From: Peribolospora baueri
Taxonomy: Eukaryota
Direction of reading: 5' to 3'
NCBI GenBank assembly: GCA_029717555.1
Contig: JAMDHS010000022.1
Span: forward strand, 186,001-250,000
DNA: 64,000 nt
Every line of letters begins with the position of its first letter. Position 1 is the first letter of the stretch. Below the pieces are notes generated by a model, which was given only the letters and a program-made list of their open reading frames with translations, was not told the DNA's origin and searched no databases. The translations under genes and the position numbers were made by a program. This document shows, piece after piece, positions 1 through 12,483 of this stretch.

Positions 1-231
1 GGTGCTTCCTCCTGGCCCTTCCTGCTCAGCGCTTTTGGCGCGGGATGGCTATAAATACAAGGGTGAGGGTTCGTGCGCCTAGGGCACTGATGGTGGGAGA
101 AGGGGGAGGACTGTGTTGAGAAGGTGGGAAAGAAGAGAAAGAAGAGGAAGGGATAAGGGAAAGGTGCGGGCTCACCGGAAGGGAAAGCGAAGCTGGGTCG
201 GCGGGGACCGTGCAGACGCATCGGGGGTCGG

Positions 232-600
232 TCACCCTTGGCGCTGCAGAGGACGAAGGCCGCGTTAGCTTAGCAAAGATGGAGGGTATTGATGCCGGCA
301 CCGATCGCACGCACGCACCTGCTTGTGCTTGGGATCCTTAGAGCAGATGACGTACAGCCTGCCCTTCCTCCTGACGACCGAACAGCCGTCGCAAAACTTC
401 TTCACCGCGCTGCGCACCTTCATCCCCCTCGTGATGGTCAGCGGACCTGCTACGGGCTTTGATCGTGCGGTGGGGAGGGGGGAAGGGAGAGACGGGAGGG
501 CGGGGTGGGCGTGTGAGAGGAGGGAGGGGGTCCGGAGGGTGGAGAGCCGGGAGGTGGTGGAGAGGAGCGGGCGGAGCGAGTTGGCGAGGTAGGCGCGCAT
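232..600 (-). CDS. RTC6: Mitochondrial ribosomal protein bL36m (Rtc6-like), 2 exons
   Basis: Arg/Ser/Leu-rich presequence [15 protein letters not shown], then the L36 motif [35 protein letters not shown]. Intron 318-244 (GTGCGT...GCTAAC...TGCAG) joins the final RQG-stop. Confidence 0.93.
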
Positions 601-1141
601 GGCGGGCGGGCGGTCGAGGAGACGAGACGGAGGGACGGGTGAGTGGGCCGAGGTTCGCTTGGTCGTGCGGCGCTTCGTTTGCTTTGGGTTGGTACTTTTG
701 CTTTTCTCGCTGCTTGTCGTCGTCGTTGTCGTCGTCGTCGCCGACTTGCAAGATCGTTCGTCTCGCCGGCCTCCGCCGTTTCCGGTCGGTCGACCTGGTC
801 CTCTTCTCGGTCGGCGAGAGCGGGAGTCGCCGCAGCAAGGCATTCTTCCCACGGCTGCCGCGCGGCTCTCGTGGCAGGCACGCCGGCCAGGATGGCTGGC
901 TGGCTGGCGTGGCTGTCGGTGCTGCGGCAGCCGATCTGATCCTCCTCGCTCTCCTCGTCTCTCCTCGTCATCCTCCATCCGAGCCGACGCCATTCTTGCT
1001 TGACATCCTCCCCCATCATGACTATGCTTCCCTTCTGAACGCTCTACCCCTCCGTCCTACGTCACTGCCTCTGATCGTGAGTGAGTTGAACCTGGCTCCT
1101 CTTTCCCGCGGCGCGAGCGGCGGCGTGCGTCGCGACACCAC

Positions 1142-1193
1142 CCGTCCTGGTCTTCCGTCCTGGTCTTCCGTCCTGGTCTTCCGTCCTGGTCTT
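1142..1193. repeat. Minisatellite, 4 x 13 bp CCGTCCTGGTCTT
   Basis: Perfect tandem copies seen directly in the intergenic region between the divergent bL36m and CCR4 genes. Confidence 0.9.
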
Positions 1194-1644
1194 CCGACTG
1201 CCAGCCAACCTGGCCGTCAGACCCCGCTCGCTGTCGGCGTTTTTTGATCGTCGTCCGCTCTTCGAGGCGTGGATCGGCGAGATGGTCGTTGGTAACGCTG
1301 TCGCCGTCGCCGTCGCCGTCACCTTCGTCGCGATCGTCACTGACTCGCCATGGCCTCTTCCTCTTTCCTTCCCCGCTTAGGACTACGTTGACCACGCCTA
1401 GCCCAGCAACCCCAGCCAAGCCCCGCGGCCGCCTCGCATCTGCTCTCCACCCGACCGACCAACCCTGGTCTCGCCTCGTCGCCCGGAAGAACATGCTGGC
1501 CCGGCCCTTCATCGACTCCTACACGTCTCCCACACCTTCTTCTTCTTTTTCTTCTTCCTCGCACGCCGCAACAGGACACTCACGCTCCGTCCTCGCCCTC
1601 GCCCTCGCCTTGCCCCCGTCACCACCCGCCCTCGCACGACCCAT

Positions 1645-4431
1645 ATGTACCCATCCCCATCCCAATCACCCGCTCCCTCGCCTCCGGCGTTCCTCTATCT
1701 CAACTCCCACCCCGGTCCCGGCGGCCATCACCACCAGCATCAGTCTGTCTCCAACCCCGCAGTCGGCGTCCCCGGCTCGGCGGCCAACGGGGCTCCTGGT
1801 GCTGGCGGATATGGTCAACCGAACGGCGCTCCCAACAGTGCCCCTGGACCCGCCGGTCTCCCTCTAGCTCGTTTTCCCGGCCCCCCCGCGTCAGTGAACC
1901 CGCTCGCCGGCGGATGGCCTCCGCGATCTCATCACCCTGGCCCAGGGCCAGGCGCCCACCACCACCCTCACCACCACCAGCAGAATCCCTCCCTTTCGTC
2001 CCTTCCCGGCTCGCTTGCTCACTCCGGCGCCGCCGCTCCCGGCCCGCCGCCCGCTTCGCCCGGCTACCCGGGCCCGTTAACCAATGGCCCCGGAGGCCAC
2101 TTCCAACCTCACCATCAGCAACAACACATGGCCCATGCTTTATCCCACCCCATCAACTCGCCCGCCGCTCTCCACACCGCTCAGAACGCTCTCTCTGCCC
2201 CTACTCCTCCTCCACCGCTCACCAGCCATGCTCCGCACTGGCAGGATCAACTGCGAAAGGCCGAGGTAAGTCGACGGCCGAGCTGAGCCGACGCAGACCG
2301 CTTGCAGGTCGCTTGCCATTGGCTTTCTGGGACGGACTGACCCGTCTTACATCTTTGTTCGTCCACAGATCTCTCGTCAATCCGCTTCCCCTCACCACCA
2401 CGCTCGCGCTGCAGCGTTGGCCGCCCGAAGCTTGACCAGCGCAGCGGTGCCCATTCTCGACCCCAATAAGACCAACGTACCAGCCACTGCAGCGAATGGT
2501 CTCCATGTGCTCAAGAGCGATTCGGCGGCGGCGGGCGCAAGCACGTCGGCGACGGAGGAGGGTGGAAAAAAGGAGGCGAACAGGGAGATGAATGGGGGCG
2601 GACGTCTGACGGAAAGCAAGGACAAGGCGGTGGCTCCGGCCACGCAGGGATGGACGACGATCGATATGGGCGGCCTGGCACTGAAGAACGTGGGCCCGGA
2701 GGTGTTCCGGTACACGTTCCTCACCTCGCTGTTCATCAACCATAACAACCTGACCACTATCTCACCGGACATTGTTCGGCTCAAGAACCTTACCGTCCTT
2801 GATGCGAGCTGCAACAAGCTCGTCTCGTTGCCTGGCGAGATCGGCATGCTCACCCGGCTCAAGGAGTTGTACCTCTTCGACAACAACCTCGTCCACCTCC
2901 CGTCCGAGTTCGGTTCACTGCACCAGCTCGAGATGCTCGGTGTGGAGGGTAACCCGTTGACAGAGAACATACGCTCACTAGCGGAAAAGGATGGAACGGC
3001 GGGCGTGATAGCGTACCTACGCGACTCGTGCCCCGTCCCTCTTCCCCCTCCGGAACGCGAGTGGCTACCCGTCGACGCCGATCTTCCCGCACCGAGCTCG
3101 ACGCCGCTGTGCGACAAGGACGGCAACGTGATCCCGGAGGCGCCGCCGGAAACGTTCAACCTTCTCTCGTACAACATCCTCTGCGAAAAGTACGCGACGA
3201 GCCACATGTACGGCTACACGCCGTCTTGGGCGCTCGCGTGGGAGTATCGCAAGGAGTTTATCCTCCAAGAGGTGTTGGGCTATTCGGCGGACGTGTGTTG
3301 TTTACAGGTGCGCTCGCTCGTTCGTTCGTCGACTTTGTGTAATGATTCAGTGGGGAGCGTCAGCTAACCCATTCCTTCCGACCGGTTACAGGAAGTGGAC
3401 GTGGCGCAGTACGAGGACTATTTCCTCCAACATCTCTCCCAGCAGGACTACGAGGGCATCTACTGGCCCAAGTCTCGGGCACGCACGATGGCGGCGGACG
3501 AGAAGCGCCAGGTGGACGGTTGTGCGACGTTCTTCAAGACGAGCAAGTTCAAGCTCATCGAGAAGCAACTGATTGAGTTCAACCAGATCGCGCTCCAGCG
3601 GCCGGACTTTAAGAAGACGGAGGACATGTTCAACCGGGTGATGACCAAGGACAACATCGCCGTAGTGGCCCTGCTAGAGAACCGAGACTCGGGCTCGAGG
3701 CTCATCGTCGCCAACGCGCACATCCATTGGGACCCGGAGTTCAAGGACGTCAAGCTCGTTCAGACGGCCATGCTGATGGACGAGTTGGACAAGATCGCCT
3801 CCCGCTTCGCCCGTCTGCCCCCTTCGCTGGACGTGCGAGAAGGGTACCCGCCGGCGCCCAAGTACAAGGACGGCACGAAGATCCCGACGATCATCTGCGG
3901 AGATTTCAACTCGCTGCCAGAGTCGGGCGTGTACACCTACCTCTCCCAGGGCGCTGTCGGCGCAGACCATGACGACTTTGGGGGTCACGTCTACGGTAAC
4001 TACACCGAGCGTGGCCTGTCGCACAAGCTCCACCTCAAGTCGGCCTACTCGAATGTCGGAGAGCTACCGTTCACCAACTACACGCCCGACTTTGAGGGCG
4101 TCATCGATTATGTCTGGTACACCACCAACTCACTCGCCGTCACTGGCCTGCTGGGAGAGGTCGACCCGGGCTATCTGACCAAGGTCGTCGGGTTCCCCAA
4201 CGCCCATTTCCCTTCCGAGTGAGTCGTCTTTCCCGCGCGCCAGTCCGAGGTCGCGGTCCTCGTAGCTGACCCGCATCGCATCTGACGCATGACCCTCTTT
4301 CCTTTCTCCCGCCTCACGCCTACAGCCACATATGCATCCTCTCCGAGTTCCGCGTCAAGCCACCGCGCGGCAACGACCCTGCGCCGACGAGCAAACCTCA
4401 GTTCAGCGGCGGTGGCGGCGGTGGCGGATAG
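1645..4431 (+). CDS. CCR4: CCR4-NOT deadenylase subunit Ccr4 (LRR plus EEP nuclease), 4 exons
   Basis: His/Pro/Gln-rich N-terminus, leucine-rich repeats (LTSLFINHNNLTTI, LKELYLFDNNL), and EEP motifs SYNILCEKYA, CLQE, NAHIHWDP, ICGDFNS, GVIDY and spliced FPSDH. Introns at about 2266-2369, 3309-3391 and 4219-4325. Confidence 0.96.
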
Positions 4432-4986
4432 CTTCCTCCATGCCCCTTTGTTCTCCTTCCCTTGTTTCTCGTCCATGTCGCTTCGAGCGCTTTCCTCTCT
4501 CTCCTCTCCATGTCTCCTCTCTTTTTCTTTCCCCTTCCTTCTCCCGTACCGTTCGTCCGTCCATCCCTTCTTTCCGTCTTCCTCTTCTCTTCTCCCAGCG
4601 ACGGATCTTGTCTTGCTCCAGCCGCGCGTGTAGATAACTAAGGTTCCTTTCCTTCCTTTCCACCACTTCTTCAACGTGTGCTTTAGCCCATGTCCCTTTC
4701 CCTTCTCGCGATCGATCTAGCGTCCCGCTTTCAACGCAGTCTTGTTCTCGACATCTCGAGCCGGCCGGGAAGGCCTGGCGGCGCATGTCCGGTGCTCGAC
4801 TCAAATGCTACCGACTCGCTCGCTAGTGGCGCACAACGTGAACACGATGGTACATTCATCTTTGTAGTCTTGAGATTGGACGGGGCTCGACGGCGATCCG
4901 GCGCGTTCGAAGGACCTTCGGACCTGTCGTGCTGGAAGAGAAAGAAACGACGGCGAAAAGCAAAGAATTGAGAAGCAAAAAGGAGC

Positions 4987-5053
4987 AAAAACATATTGGC
5001 CTCCGAAGAGGCATCCTCACTGAGCGGCATGTTGTCATCCTTGTGCAGGGGCC

Positions 5054-5085
<32 letters not shown>

Positions 5086-5109
5086 ATCGTATGCAACCCG
5101 AAGGTGCAC
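4987..5109 (-). ncRNA. U6: U6 spliceosomal snRNA
   Basis: Minus strand reads GTGCACCTTCGGGTTGCATACGATTAAAATTGGAACGATACAGAGAAGATTAGCATGGCCCCTGCACAAGGATGAC...TTTTT. This contains the 5' stem-loop, the ACAGAGA box, the AGC triad, the ISL and an oligo-T Pol III terminator. Confidence 0.97.
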
Positions 5110-5305
5110 AACTGAGTGTGCGTCTCTCCACCTGTTGGTTCCAGTTTCGGGCACTATCCAGGACATGTGGTCGAAAACAGAGTACCCCTGCCGCAGCCAC
5201 CGCCGATCACGGGTGACGACCGATCGGAAGGACGGACAGAAGGACGGACGGAGGCGGTCTCCACAGACCAACGTATCCTTCATCATCATCAACCACAACC
5301 TCCGC

Positions 5306-5834
5306 ATGGCTTCCAGTCGTCATCGGTACTCCCTTCAGGACGCGCGTCATCCAGACCTCGCCCAACTCACGCCGCACCAGAAGGAGGTGCTCGTCGAGCT
5401 CAAAATGATCGCCATGACCGTGGACAGCGTGTGAGTGCCGTCTACCTTAGTGCGTTCCGTGACCGTCGATCGGCTATGATCACACCTCATCGCGAAACGA
5501 CTGAACAAACGGCTCTCGCGCTCTCCACCGCTCTTCCCACTTTTCCCCCCGCGCCAGCAACGCCAACCTATCCCGCGCCTGCGATCTCCTCAGCAGATCG
5601 TCCGCACCCTCTCCCGCACCCCCAACCCGCCCTCTTCCTTTCGCTTCGGATCGAGACTCGTCGGGGGACGATGGACGCGCGCGCAAGGCCGCCGCCGGGA
5701 AGACGACGCTCACCGACGAGCAGGTCCACGCGTTGGCCAGCGCCAAGGTCTGGCAGAGGGCGCTCGCAGAGCAGCTTGGGCAAGACGACGAACGCCCCGC
5801 CGGAGCCGCCGCGGAGGGCCGCTCCGGCGAATGA
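5306..5834 (+). CDS. Small hypothetical protein (about 130 aa), 2 exons, possible coiled-coil
   Basis: ATG at 5306 (MASSRHRYSLQDARHPDLAQLTPHQKEVLVELKMIAMTVDS). A GTGAGT donor at 5431 and a polypyrimidine CAG acceptor near 5557 continue in frame (VNANLSRACDLL...QVHALASAKVWQRAL) to TGA at 5834. No family recognised with confidence. Confidence 0.45.
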
Positions 5835-6158
5835 CTGACTGGCTCGGTCAGATCAGAGCAAGCGCATCCATCGGCCGCATGCGGGCTCCTACACAGTGCG
5901 TCCTCTTCGCTTCCGTTTGTTGGCGAGGCGACGGCGTGCTGACCATACGACGCGGTCCTTGCGCTGACAGCGACGGAACACCCTTCCCAATGTGGTGTCC
6001 AACTTGCAAGGTCGTTTACACACATAAACTGTGCACGCGCTCCCCTCCTCCGTGTTACCGCTTCCATTTCCCTTTCGATGACGTCCTCTGCTACCGACAT
6101 CGTCATCGAACCAAGGACGCCGGGGTCAGACGAGAGACAGGCCACAAGAGGGCCACGA

Positions 6159-8683
6159 TCATGTCAGGTCGATCACCTCCACGCCGTTGCTCAGCTCATC
6201 GATGACGTCGGCCAACACGGACGGCGCACGCGGCGCGTCCAAAGGCGTCGCCGAACGCGCCATCCCACTCCTTCTCCCGACGACCAAGGTCGGAGGGTAA
6301 CCTTGACCTAGCACCGCAGACACCGACGGCGTCAGAGGACCTTGCAAACCCGATTCGACTGGCGAATGGCCGTCTCCGGGCATCGCGTCCTCAAGGCTCT
6401 CCCAACCCTCCGAAGCGCGGTCCCACACCTCGTACCCTCCCTCCTCTCCTTCTCCATCCCCCCCGCAGCCAGCCCAGAGGAGCATGCCGTCGCGCAGCAC
6501 GGGCAGCGCTCCGTCTCCGTCGTCACACGTCTCCTCGCCGTCCTCCCCTTCCTCGGATCCCTCTGAAGTCAGACCAGCGATCGACGCTCCGCCGAGCGCC
6601 GCCACAGACTCTGCCTTGTTCTTGCCACGTCGTCCCGGCCCTTCGCCCCCTCCAGTTTCACCCTTCGATTTTGGGGATTTCGACCGCGCCGGCGTAGCGG
6701 GCCTGCGCTTCCGGGACCTGCTCGCGCTGGCCACGGTCGTGTCCTTTTCTCTTGTTTTCCTTCGCGCCGACGTCTGATCTTCGTCCGCCTCGGCGTCCCT
6801 CGCTCCGTATGCATTTGCCTCCTCTCCGCCTTTCTTCGGCCTACCCCTCCTCCGTCTCTCGGGCTGGCCAGCCAACTCGAGGGCGCGTCTCTCCGCGCGG
6901 CGGTAACAACCTCGCACGACGTCATTCCAACTGCTCCACGTGCCGCACACCGGACAAGGCCCGTGAACGGGCAGTACGTGCAACGGAGGCGGTCCTCGTT
7001 GAGACGCCGGTCCGCTCGCCGCGTCCGTCGTCGAATCCGGAGCGTGAGAGGCGGAAAGGAAGTGATGAGCGAGGCATTCGAGATGGGCGACCGCCGTGCA
7101 AGGCTCCGAGGAAGATGGAGAGCTCGAAGGGGAGCTTGTCGGGCACACGGCAAACGATGTATGATCCTGCGAGCGAGGGCATAAGAGTGTTCAATTCCAG
7201 CGCTCGATCCATCCGTCTGAGAGTATTCGAAAATCACGTCGATTCACACGCCTTCCACGCACCTCCGCGTCCACTTGGTCACCGCACAGTGCGCATGAGG
7301 GCGTCGTTCGGTCGCGCAAGGTAGACCACTTATACCATTGGCTTTCGGCGAAACCATCTGTGGGGGAGCGCGAGACCAGATGGATGGGGAGTGGTCGTCA
7401 GAAAAAAAAAGACAAAAAAAAGCTCATCGATCGCCCTCGCGTTCTCGGCTCAAATGGAAAGGGAGGGTTAGCTTCACCGTCGTGACAGAGGAAACGGTCG
7501 TCGTCAGACCGTCCGTCCTTGGGCGCGGCCTCGAGATCTGGCCTCGTCAGCAGGGTCTCCTTGACGGTACCGGGCAACGGCGCGGCGCGTCTTCTTCCCG
7601 CTCGGGGAGGAGAAGGCGACGACGTATCGAGCCTGGCCCTCCGCGTCATCGGCAGCGTGGACACATCGAGCGGCGCCCGCTTGCCGTCGACGCCGGAGAA
7701 GTGGGTCACGAGGGGCGTCGCGACGGAATTGGCGGCGAGGTGACGCGCGGGACCGAGGACGCGACCCCACCTGCTCGTGTGGTACTGCCCGTCTCGTGCC
7801 GACGTCCAGAGGGCTGTCGGCGGAGAAGGGGGCGGCGGCGCTTGGACGGAGGCTCCCGCGCCTTCTCGCCGCTCCTTCTCCTTCTCCTTCTCCATCATGA
7901 GCCAGGCGCCCCAGCCCCACTCGGTGAAGATGGCGACCTTGAGACCCCATCCGACGAAGGGCTCGCTGGTCAGCATGGTCCGCAAGACGCGCAGCCTGGT
8001 GTAGGGATGACCGGCGGACTTTCCGTACCGCGAAAACGCACGCTTGGACACGAGCGACGACGACGGCGGCGTTGCAACACTGGCTTGGCTGACGGTGGGC
8101 AGGGAGAAGTCGGAGACGGTGGGTCTCTGGACGTGTCGTGATTGCCACGGGTTCTGCCACGCCCATTCGAACTGTGCCGACCGGCGGCGTGAGGTGCCGT
8201 CAGCGAAACGAACGACGTTCGGCGGCGGGGCGGGGGCGGCGACTGCCTACCCGGGCACCCAGCCTCCAGATAGATTTGAAAGAAAACGCGGCAAATTGCG
8301 CGTGCTCACCTGCAAAGCGGCGAGCTTGGAGGGAAAGCCATAAACGATGAGTTCCATCTCCCAGGGCCTGTTTCGTCTCGTGAAGTAGGCGCCCTGTCGA
8401 AACGAAGCGAAGACGAGGACGAAGCGGGGTCGTTAAGATGAGCCGCTCTCGACGGACGCTCGATGAAACTCGAGCCGTGTCCGCTCCAACGCCGTCCCCC
8501 AAAAAGGCCGAGCACGACGGCAACCGCTCCGCTCACCGCCTTGAGCTCGCCGTTGTGCTGTCTCTTCCGCCGCACCGGGTCCGGCGTCGAGCCGATGTAC
8601 GTCTTGGTGGACATGCGCAGGGAGCGGAGGAGGTAGCAGGCGTACATGGACGGCACGGCGTGGGAGGAGACGGAAGAGGGCAT
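6159..8683 (-). CDS. SLX1: Structure-specific endonuclease subunit Slx1 (GIY-YIG plus C-terminal RING/PHD-like zinc finger), about 5 exons
   Basis: YACYLLRS...[48 protein letters not shown], and zinc ligands CALC...VC...[11 protein letters not shown]...CPVC. Confidence 0.93.
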
Positions 8684-8879
8684 CTTGAATCGACCCTCTC
8701 GCTGCTTCTTTCTGCACGCTCCCTCGCGTGAGATTGTGGTAGAGGTGGTGGTGGTGGTCCTCGCGTTCTTCTATACGCGATCACGTGACACACGTCATCG
8801 TAAGCCTGCCGTCTGTGTCTCGCCGGCGTGGCCGGGCCGTTCGCTCGACGGTGCGCGACTCTTGACACGACGGCAAGCG

Positions 8880-9188
8880 ATGATCCGCCGACCGCCAACG
8901 TCGATCACACTCCGGCAAGAGGACGTGGCGGAATTCAAGGCTGACCTGCAAGCGGAGCGGGCCAGGCGGGCGGGGACGACGGCGACGGCGCGGAAGGTGG
9001 AGGTGGAAAAAGGCGACCGCCGCGCCGACGGCGGGTCGCGGCGAGAAGGCGAGGCGGAGGGAGTGACGACGACGACGGCCGCGGAAGGCGACCGAGGCAG
9101 GAGGACGGCAGGCGAGACGGCGGAGGAGGCAGGCAGGAGGAGGAGACAGGCGATGACGGCCGCGGAGCGCCTCGGCCTCGGGTCCTAA
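8880..9188 (+). CDS. CDC26: Anaphase-promoting complex subunit Cdc26-like
   Basis: N-terminus MIRRPPTSITLRQEDVAEF matches the Cdc26 pattern MLRRxPTxIxLxxEDIxE. Small single-exon charged protein ending in ERLGLG. Confidence 0.75.
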   Translation: MIRRPPTSITLRQEDVAEFKADLQAERARRAGTTATARKVEVEKGDRRADGGSRREGEAEGVTTTTAAEGDRGRRTAGETAEEAGRRRRQAMTAAERLGLGS

Positions 9189-9534
9189 GGCGCTGGGCTG
9201 TCTGGGGCGGGTCAGAAGGAGAAGGAGGGACGGAGAAGAGGGACGGTAGGGAGGTGAGTGCATCATGGGAGCGCTTGTCTTTCTTGCTCGTACGCGCGCT
9301 CTCCGCTGACGGCTTCGCGCTTCTACGCTCAGTGTGCGGTTCGGCGTCCACTCTGGCACTCGCACCCGTTTCCAGGTCGACGATTCACCTGGCCAAGAAG
9401 GCTCGCTTTTCCGCGTTCGTATGAACGGACCGCATCGCTCGAATAAAGACGGGCTCCAAGAGCGGCGGCCGCGGGATCGGATCTCGGTCGTTAAGAACGA
9501 GCGGAGAGGACGTCGTCTGGGCACAATCTTCAAT

Positions 9535-9824
9535 GCGGCGCGGTCCGACCTTTTTTTCAGAGGGCGCGCATCAGACTAGGGCGCGCATCAGACTCGAGAG
9601 TCGAGTGGAATCGAGCGAGAGGAAACGAGGGAAGGATGGAAATGGCGCGGTCCGACTTTTTTTTTTTTAAACTCATCTCTTCCGACTTGTGTGGGTGATT
9701 CTTTTCGCCAGGACGACGGTTCTCACTGTATCACTGTATCGCTGTATGCCTCTCCAGGGCGCGCATCAGACTCTCGAGTCGAGTGAAATCGAGCGAGAGG
9801 AAACGAGGGAACGGATGGAAATGG
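9535..9824. repeat. Local imperfect duplications (about 70 bp direct repeat at about 9577-9645 and 9756-9824, plus repeated GGCGCGGTCCGAC-polyT)
   Basis: AGGGCGCGCATCAGACTC...GAGTCGAGTG.AATCGAGCGAGAGGAAACGAGGGAA.GGATGGAAATGG occurs twice. AGGGCGCGCATCAGACT occurs three times. Confidence 0.85.
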
Positions 9825-9875
9825 ATTCCAGCGCACGCGCACATGGGACGATTGGGGGGGGACAAATTACGGCGC

Positions 9876-10516
9876 TCACGGCGCTTTGACTTGCATCTCG
9901 CCGTCCTTGAACTGGCGCGCCCACTGAAGAGTCGAGGGTGGGAGAAGGAAAAGAAAGAGAATCAGAGGCGGTGGAGAGGGCAAGGCGTGGACCCGCGATC
10001 ACGTCACGTCACGCACCCTCTGAGATGGAATGGGCTTGGTGGGCGGGGTGTGACGCCACTGGAAACGGAGGGGGGGGAAGAGGGTTCGTAAGCCATCACG
10101 GTCGGATGGAACGAAGGAGCACGGGTGAGGCGCCCGGCCGACGCGGAGACGCACCTCGCGGTCAGCGCTGTAGGTCCAGATGGCGTAGGTGACGGCGACG
10201 ATGCCGGCGGCGCAGACGACCGTGTTAGATTTCCAGTTGGAAGGCCTGGAGGGCGATAGACGGAAGTGAGCGCGAGGAGCGAAAGAAGAAAGGAAAAGAA
10301 AAAGAAAACGCTCGCGCAACGCACCTCGTCCACCACCCACCGGCGGGGCTCCAGACTTCCTTGGGGTAAGGGTACCTCGGCTGGCCTCCCTGTGAACGGG
10401 GACGGAGACGGGGACGAGAGGTCAGCAAGGAGTGGGTGGGTGCCGACGGTATGGCGCGCCGTCGGTGGGACAGACAGACGGACGACGTGGCAAGCGGTGC
10501 GCAATGGGCTCACCAT
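9876..10516 (-). CDS. Small mitochondrial complex I accessory subunit (NUUM-like), 5 coding exons
   Basis: Spliced product MGGQPRYPYPKEVWSPAGGWWTRPSNWKSNTVVCAAGIVAVTYAIWTYSADREWRHTPPTKPIPSQRWARQFKDGEMQVKAP. It resembles the fungal NUUM family as I recall it and has one transmembrane helix. All four introns are GT-AG. Confidence 0.8.
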
Positions 10517-10913
10517 GATCCGAAACGTGTGGCAAAGGACGAGCGAAGACCGAAAAGGGGAGCCGACGTCGGTCAATCAGGCAGTCAGACAATCAGTCAG
10601 TCGGTCAGTCGATCGATGATGGCGTCTCTTTCCTTCCCACCGGTCGCCGACCGGGGAGACGAGACGAGACGAGACGAGCCGGGATGGGATGCTGCGGTCG
10701 GTCGGAGGGATTGATCACGTGGCAGCGGGGCTGCGGTCGCTGGGGCGCGCGGGCGGAAGGACGATAGGTGGGTGGGTATTGGAGGAGAAAGAGGCGAAGA
10801 CTTGAGGGACGTCGTCACGAACAAGGCGAAAGACGGACAAGACGGCACGGCACAGCACGGCTTTGAATCGGTTCACTTGCCCATTTTCACATCCGTCTGA
10901 GGATCGGTCAGGC

Positions 10914-12247
10914 ATGAGCGTCAACGAGACGATCGCGTGGATGGTGGAGCAGCGGAGGTGAGCGACGGCCTGCGATGGGATGTGGGATGCAACGGCGACT
11001 AACTCTGGTTCTCTTTCCGCACGCGCTCTTATTCGCTTCAAGGCTCAACACGCGCCACTCGCAAGCGGTGGTATCCAAAGGCACGTTTCTGCTCGAAAAG
11101 GGCCACGCCAAGAAGCTCGGCGAGGAGACGTGGGCTTTTCTGGAGCAGGTCGCGATTGCCGCTTTGGACTTGGGCCGGTGGGAGCTGGCAGAGGTGAGCC
11201 GGCGATCGAAGAATGGACGACGGACGGACGGACTGATGGACTGACTGTCGGGTCGCCTCGTGTCCCCATCTCCGCCAGGTCTGCATCTCCAGACTACGAA
11301 CGCGCTTTCCATCGTCGCCGCGCGTGCAGTCGCTCGAAGGCATGTTTCTAGAAGCGAGGGGCAAGCTGATCGAGGCGGTGGATTTTTACGACAAGATCTT
11401 GGAAGGGGATGAGACGAATCTTGTGCGTGTTTTTGTTCTCCATCGGACAGGACGGAACGAGGTATTCATCCTTCTTTCCGTTCCCTCCGCAGATGGTCAT
11501 GAAACGCCGGATCGCGGCGCTCAAGGCGCTGCCGAAGAACGAGCCGAGTGGGGGAACGGAGAAAGCGATCGAGGCGCTGAACAGGTACCTGGACGCGGTA
11601 TACACGGACGAGGAGGCATGGCTCGAGTTGGCGGAGCTGTATCTCGAGCTGCACATGTGCGTTTCTTCAGACCGTTTTGTCGGTTTTTCTTTTCTTTTTT
11701 TTTTTCGTTCGGCTGACCATTAACACCGGCTTTGGGATGGAACGACAGGTACGGACGATCGGTGTTCGCAATGGAGGAGCTGCTACTGCTCTCGCCGGCC
11801 AACTCGTTCCACGCGCTCCGGTACGCGGAGACGCTGTATACGGCGGGGGAGGTGCGTCGGGCGTACAAGGCGTTTGCTCGGGTGATCGAGATGTGCGGCG
11901 TGGTGGAGGGCGGGGCGAGGGAGGGGCCTTGGGTGAGGGCGCTGTGGGGAGTCAAGCTGGTGAGTGGGAGTCGTCTTGGCGCGGCTCGTGGGTCGTGGCT
12001 GACACCGTTTCTTCTTCGCCTTGCTGGCTGCCGGCAGTGCACGACGCGTCTGTTAAACGAGGGCAAGACGACGACAACGCGGGCCGGGGACGACTCGTCG
12101 GCGGAGGAGACGGCGGTGGAGGAGGTGGAGGCGATGGACGGCCTAGTCAGCGAGCTCCTCCTCTCCCGCGCTTACGGGAGCGGGGGCGGGGAGGAGGGCA
12201 CGAAGCGGAGCCGGGAGGCGGCGAGGAAGGTGATCGGCGGGCGGTAG
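10914..12247 (+). CDS. EMC2: ER membrane protein complex subunit 2 (TPR protein), about 6 exons
   Basis: WAFLEQVAIAALDLG, RFPSSPRVQSLEGMFLEA, KRRIAALK, YLDAVYTDEEAWLELAELY, FAMEELLLLSP and YAETLYTAG are typical of Emc2/Oca3. Confidence 0.9.
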
Positions 12248-12478
12248 GGCCGTGCGTGGGTCTTTGTTTTGTTTGTTCGTCGACCGGGCTTAGTTGGCCT
12301 TGGTGTTCGTATCGTGTACGACGTACGACGAGATGGGTGTGAGTAGAGAGAGCTTGCGCGGTAAATGGAGGGTCGATGGACGACGACGTTTTTTGGCTGC
12401 CTGTGTTGTGTTGTGTTGTATTGGTTTGAATTGTCTGTCTGTTCTGCACTGCTCTGCTCTGCATCGTGGCCTCTCTTT

Positions 12479-12483
<5 letters not shown>

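Noticed and set aside
601..993. N-terminal extension of ORF 265..993
   Set aside because: Low-complexity UTR-like sequence. The ATG at 600 starts a convincing mitochondrial presequence.
4987..5109. Spliceosomal introns within U6, as known in some yeasts
   Set aside because: The conserved core is contiguous and the 3' insert is too short to be an intron.
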